64,000 nt of DNA, taken from contig CAZARI010000004.1 of NCBI GenBank assembly GCA_964487545.1, positions 42,365 to 106,364 of the forward strand. The letters run 5' to 3'. Below the pieces are notes generated by a model. It had not been told where the DNA came from. It did no database searches and saw only the letters and a list, made by a program, of their open reading frames with translations. A program made the translations under genes and the position numbers. The stretch's first letter is position 1. Every line of letters starts with the position of its first letter. This stretch comes from an uncultured Cryomorphaceae bacterium. Lineage in GTDB: Bacteria > Bacteroidota > Bacteroidia > Flavobacteriales_D > SKUL01. Shown one piece after another: positions 59,642-64,000 of the stretch.

Positions 59642-59905
59642 ATGTACTATTTCTATGCTCTGTATTCACTTAAAGATGGTAGCCTGTATAAAGGAACCTC
59701 CAGTGATCCGACAAAAAGATTCACCCGACACCATTCCCGTGGCGATAAAAGTACTGCTCACAGAAAACCATTGCTGCTCATCCTCCTTGAGGAATTCCCT
59801 GATAAAAACCAAGCACTAAAGCAGGAAAGGTGGAACGGTTTTGAAAAAGAGAGCTTGTTGCTAAAGGGATGTTGTCGCCCGCTGTTATTTACTGCAGTGA
59901 TATAA
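59642..59905 (+). CDS. Small GIY-YIG (URI-domain) nuclease-family protein
   Basis: 87 aa. The N-terminal YYFYALYSLKDGSLYKGTSSDPTKRFTRH fits the GIY-(x10)-YIG pattern of the stand-alone COG2827-type proteins. Confidence 0.6.
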   Translation: MYYFYALYSLKDGSLYKGTSSDPTKRFTRHHSRGDKSTAHRKPLLLILLEEFPDKNQALKQERWNGFEKESLLLKGCCRPLLFTAVI

Positions 59906-59929
59906 TATTCTCGGGCAATAGCCTGTATC

Positions 59930-61873
59930 TTACATTTCGGCCAACAATTGCTCAAACTTTTCGGCTTCCAGAGCTAACTGCTCCCATTCGCTTTCTGATT
60001 TGGCCAACTTCTCCTTATGTACTGAAATCTCGTTGAACTTTTTTTTCACGGATTCCTGATCACTAAAATCCAGACTGGCGCTTTCTTCGTTCAGTCGGGT
60101 AATTTCAATTTCAAATTTCTTGATTTCTTCTTCTAGCTTCGCCACTTTTGATTTTACCCGTCGCAGATCTTTTTCTATCTGACGGCGCTTTGTTTGTTTT
60201 GCCGGTCCTTCAGAATCTCTGCTATTCCTTACCTCCTTCCGGGCAACTTGTTCAAATTGGGCAATATTTGCCGCATTCCGTTGAGCGAGAAAGGTGCTGA
60301 TATCCTCATAATGGATTTTTAATCCGCCCGATTGTATTTCGAAAAGTTTATCTGTCATCCCTTCCAAAAACTGTCGGTCGTGCGATACAATCAGCAAGGT
60401 GCCCTGATAATTCATCAGCGCCTGTTTCAGAATCTGTTTACTATCGATATCAAGGTGATTTGTTGGCTCATCCATAATGAGCGTATTGTATGGTTTGAGC
60501 ATCAATCTACACAATGCCAGTCGTGATTTTTCGCCTCCGCTCAGCACTTTCACCTTCTTATAAATATCATCTCCACGAAAAAGGAAGGTGCCGAGAAGTG
60601 ACCTAACCCGGGTGCGCATATCTCCTGTTGCTTCCTGATCGATAACTTCAAAAACCGTTAGGTCATCCTCTAGCGTTGAAGTTTGGTGTTGGGCAAAATA
60701 CCCGAGATTTACGTTATGTCCAAGTTCAACTTTTCCTTGGGCCGACTCCTCACCTACCAGTATTCGCAGTAAGGTGGTCTTTCCTATACCATTTTTACCA
60801 ATTAGTGCGATTTTCTCTCCGCGTTCAATTTCAATATCAACTCCGCTAAAAAGGTGCTTTTCACCAAAAGATTTGGCTAATCCCACCGCTTTTACCGGTA
60901 GTTTTCCCGATCGAGCCACTTCTCCAAAGTTCAAGTTCAATGATTGTAACTGGTCGTCATCAACTTCTACCTTTTCCAGTTTATCGAGCTTTTTAATCAG
61001 CGATTGGGCAAATGAGGCCTTACTGGCTTTAGCGCGAAATTTATTGATGAGTTGTTCGGTATCCTTTATGTATTTCTCTTGATTTTTCGCATCCTGCATT
61101 TGCTTTTCAAGAATAATTTCGCGCTGCTCTAGATAACCGGTGTAATTGGCGTTATAATCGCGAATCCGGCCGTAGACTATTTCGATCGTTCTGTTGGTTA
61201 CCGCATCTAGAAAAGCCACGTCGTGCGAAATGAGAATGATGGAACCACTATAAGTTTTGAGAAATTGTTCGAGCCATTGAATGGATTCGATATCGAGGTG
61301 ATTCGTTGGTTCGTCGAGCAACAGCAGGTCGGGTTCGGTAAGCAGAATTTTGGCCAGTTCCACTCTCATTTTCCAGCCCCCGCTAAATTCGCTTAATGGT
61401 CGTTCAAAATCATTGCGTTCGAAACCGAGGCCCAGCAAAATTTTTTCGATACGCTCTTCGGATGCTCCTGCTCCTATCATCTGGTATCGGTGATTGAGGG
61501 CGTTAAACTCATCCAGAAGCTCCGACAGAACATCCATGTCTTCTATTCCTCGGTCGAATTGCGCTTGAATTTCATCAATTCTAACGGTGAGCTTTCGCTG
61601 TTCTACCAATGCACCTGCCACCTCTTCAAAGATGGGTTTTGCAGAGAAGTGATTGATCTCTTGCGGCAAATATCCAATGGTATGGTCTTTAGGTTTTGCT
61701 ACCTCTCCAGCGTCGGGGGATATCTCACCTGCAATTACTTTCAGCATCGTTGACTTTCCAGCCCCGTTGCGACCAACGAGTCCAATTCGATCTAGCTCAT
61801 TTACCTGATACGAGATTTCATCGAAGATCGGTCTATCGGCAAAATGCAGGGTAATATTGGCTATGTTGATCAC
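59930..61873 (-). CDS. ABC-F family ATPase (no transmembrane domain)
   Basis: 647 aa with two ABC cassettes (GRNGAGKST and GKNGIGKTT, each with LSGG and hhhhDEPTNHLD), an inter-domain linker and a C-terminal coiled coil. Confidence 0.85.
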   Translation of the reverse strand: MINIANITLHFADRPIFDEISYQVNELDRIGLVGRNGAGKSTMLKVIAGEISPDAGEVAKPKDHTIGYLPQEINHFSAKPIFEEVAGALVEQRKLTVRIDEIQAQFDRGIEDMDVLSELLDEFNALNHRYQMIGAGASEERIEKILLGLGFERNDFERPLSEFSGGWKMRVELAKILLTEPDLLLLDEPTNHLDIESIQWLEQFLKTYSGSIILISHDVAFLDAVTNRTIEIVYGRIRDYNANYTGYLEQREIILEKQMQDAKNQEKYIKDTEQLINKFRAKASKASFAQSLIKKLDKLEKVEVDDDQLQSLNLNFGEVARSGKLPVKAVGLAKSFGEKHLFSGVDIEIERGEKIALIGKNGIGKTTLLRILVGEESAQGKVELGHNVNLGYFAQHQTSTLEDDLTVFEVIDQEATGDMRTRVRSLLGTFLFRGDDIYKKVKVLSGGEKSRLALCRLMLKPYNTLIMDEPTNHLDIDSKQILKQALMNYQGTLLIVSHDRQFLEGMTDKLFEIQSGGLKIHYEDISTFLAQRNAANIAQFEQVARKEVRNSRDSEGPAKQTKRRQIEKDLRRVKSKVAKLEEEIKKFEIEITRLNEESASLDFSDQESVKKKFNEISVHKEKLAKSESEWEQLALEAEKFEQLLAEM

Positions 61874-61895
61874 AGGCGAAAATTTATTTTACCAA

Positions 61896-61924
61896 AGAAA
61901 AAGCGCCGGTTTCGGCGCTTTTTC
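61896..61924 (-). terminator. Rho-independent terminator after gldN
   Basis: aaaaagcgccggtttcggcgcttttt has a GC-rich 7-bp stem with flanking A- and T-runs. Confidence 0.7.
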
Positions 61925-61948
61925 ATATTTCTAATTAATTGACTCACT

Positions 61949-62806
61949 TTAAAAACTCCACAAGTCGTGCTCAAGTAGGAAAATCTCCTCTCTGATTCTT
62001 TCAGATTCCAGCAGCGCATCGATTCCGGTGGCGTATTCCACAATACTTCGATCGTATACGTTTTGCTCCTTGTAGATATAGCTTGCAAATTGACGTTTTA
62101 CAAAGATATCATCAAATGAGCGTCGCTCAGCATCATTCAGCCTGTTGTACACATCCCATTCGGAAAACACATACCTGCATTCTGGAAAATACAGCCAGAA
62201 GAGGGTACGATACGCTCCTGTCCTTTCGCCATCGGCGGTTAATGCGGGAATTTGCGGTGAAAGGCCGATAATGCGTACGTACATTTCTGAACGTTGCTTG
62301 TCGAAGTACCAATCTTCTTTGATCAGGTAGCGTTCGATCTGATCTGGAGTGATATCGTTGGGCTGAACGACCATGATTTGTTCGTTCATATTATCCGGAT
62401 CGTCTACAAACATCGTATCTGTAGATGACAGGATTTGCTCAACTTCAGAGATCAACATCGGTACATTGAATTCATCGTCGAGGGTCACTCCTGGATCATA
62501 GGCTGTGATGGAACCGTCAACAATTAAAGCGTCACGAATCACCTGAAACAGACTTTTTCGGTTATTAATCTCCCGGTGGGGGAAAAACAGCGGATGATTA
62601 ATCTTTTGCTTGAGATCAATCGCTCTCCATACTCGCGTTGACCACATTACATCCGCTTCTCGCAAATGCGGATATTGAATAATTTTTTTGGTTTTGGTAT
62701 GTTCCCGGATGTATGCCCCGTCAAGGACGGTTTGGGCAGTAGCCTTTTCTATGAAAAAACCAAAACCAATAAAAAAAGCTACAAAGAGTAATGCCGCGTT
62801 TTTCAT
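61949..62806 (-). CDS. gldN: Gliding motility / T9SS protein GldN (PorN)
   Basis: I prefer the start MKNAALLFVAFFIG at 62806. LREADVMWSTRVWRAIDLKQKINHPLFFP matches the GldN signature as I recall it. It lies directly downstream of gldM. Confidence 0.8.
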   Translation of the reverse strand: MKNAALLFVAFFIGFGFFIEKATAQTVLDGAYIREHTKTKKIIQYPHLREADVMWSTRVWRAIDLKQKINHPLFFPHREINNRKSLFQVIRDALIVDGSITAYDPGVTLDDEFNVPMLISEVEQILSSTDTMFVDDPDNMNEQIMVVQPNDITPDQIERYLIKEDWYFDKQRSEMYVRIIGLSPQIPALTADGERTGAYRTLFWLYFPECRYVFSEWDVYNRLNDAERRSFDDIFVKRQFASYIYKEQNVYDRSIVEYATGIDALLESERIREEIFLLEHDLWSF

Positions 62807-62816
62807 ATCGCTTGTT

Positions 62817-64000
62817 TTAGTAAACCGTAAATGAAAGGTTTCCGATGGGATTAACACTTCCATCCGGCGCCTTTGCCATTACGTTTTCGATGAGTATTCT
62901 TTGATTCCGTGCTGTGTTTGCCAACATTTGCTTCATCTCGTCTGTTAAACGGTTATTGTTTGATTTTCGTGTAACCGCTTCTCCGCGAATGATCGTTGTC
63001 AGTTCGAAAGACACGACAGGATAATCCAGATCAAATACGAAGTCATCCATTCTGGCACCCACCCCAATCTGAGCTGTTGCCCTGGTTTTTTCGATACGGG
63101 TGTCACCGATGGTCAATCCGCCAAACACAGGTACGGGCTTCGGCACGTTTCTGCAACGGAAAGTCATGGCCCCCATGTTCGTTTTTGTTCCATCATCCAA
63201 TTCGGCCGAAACGCTAATAACTGCTTCAGCTCCGTTTCCTGGTCTGGCCACCCAACCTTCGCTTGTGCGCACTAGGGTACCATTGGTCATGGTTGGTTGG
63301 ATTTTCTCTGCAGAGAAACCGGGAACCGAAATTTCAACAGGGTTATCCAGACCACGGTAGAACACGTTCATCTTGGTTGGCGATACCACCAACGATGGTT
63401 TTGCCACCTCATATGAAACGTCGAATAGGAATGGTTGTTCACCTTGTGGACCGCGGAATTTAATCACGCCCTTCCAGGAGCGGAATCCAACTTGATCGGC
63501 TGGAATTCGCAGTTTGGCAAATCCATCAGTACCAATTTCTACCGCTTTGGATTCACCAGTCAGTGTCATATTAGTAGAATCGTGTTCTACAGTTTCACTG
63601 GTAGCGATATCCACCGATGGGAAGTTGGTATCGTCATATGCAGCCAAGAAAACATCTGCCCGGAAGGTATCGCCCTGCAGCACATAGTTTGACTGTGGAA
63701 TAGCAATCGGCACCAGTTTAGTGAAACGATATGAAGAAGCTTCCACATCGGCCATCAGGTAGGTAATTAGATCTGATTCGGCGTTTCTAACATCCGTTTG
63801 AATTTTCGACAAGTTGGTAATTACTGCGGCAATCGGGATGTAGTAGAAATTCATGGACTCCCAATTGGTATTGGTGCCAGATGCGTCTCTTCTGTCCGAA
63901 AAGTTGAATACGTTTTGCAGGTTTCCAACCAGTACCGGATTGTCGTCGCCCAACAGCTCAACCAACCGATCGCGGTAATTCTCCAGCTCCATGCGAAGAT
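62817..64000 (-). CDS. gldM: Gliding motility / T9SS protein GldM (PorM), N-terminus beyond window
   Basis: The frame stays open to the window edge. It is the C-terminal ~390 aa of a periplasmic multi-domain protein located upstream of gldN, as in the gldKLMN operon. Confidence 0.75.
   Translation of the reverse strand, partial: LRMELENYRDRLVELLGDDNPVLVGNLQNVFNFSDRRDASGTNTNWESMNFYYIPIAAVITNLSKIQTDVRNAESDLITYLMADVEASSYRFTKLVPIAIPQSNYVLQGDTFRADVFLAAYDDTNFPSVDIATSETVEHDSTNMTLTGESKAVEIGTDGFAKLRIPADQVGFRSWKGVIKFRGPQGEQPFLFDVSYEVAKPSLVVSPTKMNVFYRGLDNPVEISVPGFSAEKIQPTMTNGTLVRTSEGWVARPGNGAEAVISVSAELDDGTKTNMGAMTFRCRNVPKPVPVFGGLTIGDTRIEKTRATAQIGVGARMDDFVFDLDYPVVSFELTTIIRGEAVTRKSNNNRLTDEMKQMLANTARNQRILIENVMAKAPDGSVNPIGNLSFTVY

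Noticed and set aside
59642-59905. GIY-YIG gene next to tRNA-fMet as evidence of an integrated mobile element.
   Set aside because: There is no integrase or other mobile-element gene. I found no repeat of the tRNA 3' end downstream, and the flanking genes are housekeeping.

Overview
The window looks like a chromosomal segment of a Bacteroidota genome, most likely class Flavobacteriia. Supporting signs are gldM/gldN, SprB-type repeats, T9SS type-A and type-B C-terminal sorting domains, a PorP/SprF gene, TAnnTTTG-type promoter boxes and tRNA genes with no encoded CCA. I support about 48 protein-coding genes, 4 tRNA genes (Leu-UAA, Gly-GCC, Glu-UUC, initiator Met-CAU) and about 10 rho-independent terminators. 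Most genes are tightly packed housekeeping genes: nrdJ, mutS, folK, sppA, proS, lpxK, gatB, lpxH, lipA, dtd, rsgA, metK, der and era. Many pairs show ATGA or TAATG start/stop overlaps. I see no CRISPR array, transposase, integrase, prophage or recognisable defence genes. The only accessory-looking block is 39.3-50.9 kb. It holds an 8.3-kb T9SS type-B cargo gene (choice-of-anchor-L-like head, Calx-beta-like module, about 27 SprB repeats), then a PorP/SprF gene and a TPR/PD40/OmpA lipoprotein gene. The candidates for undescribed biology are all hypotheses. They are (i) an aromatic/Gly-rich plus Arg/Ser/Pro-rich lipoprotein translationally coupled to a FadL-like barrel at 16.5-19.3 kb, (ii) a segment dense in O-glycosylation sequons inside a BNR-repeat T9SS type-A cargo, (iii) the uncharacterised head and partners of the giant adhesin cassette, and (iv) a 450-nt ORF-free gap at 8.5-9.0 kb. 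I cannot demonstrate a novel system from sequence alone. All family assignments come from motif recognition by eye and need HMM or structure confirmation.
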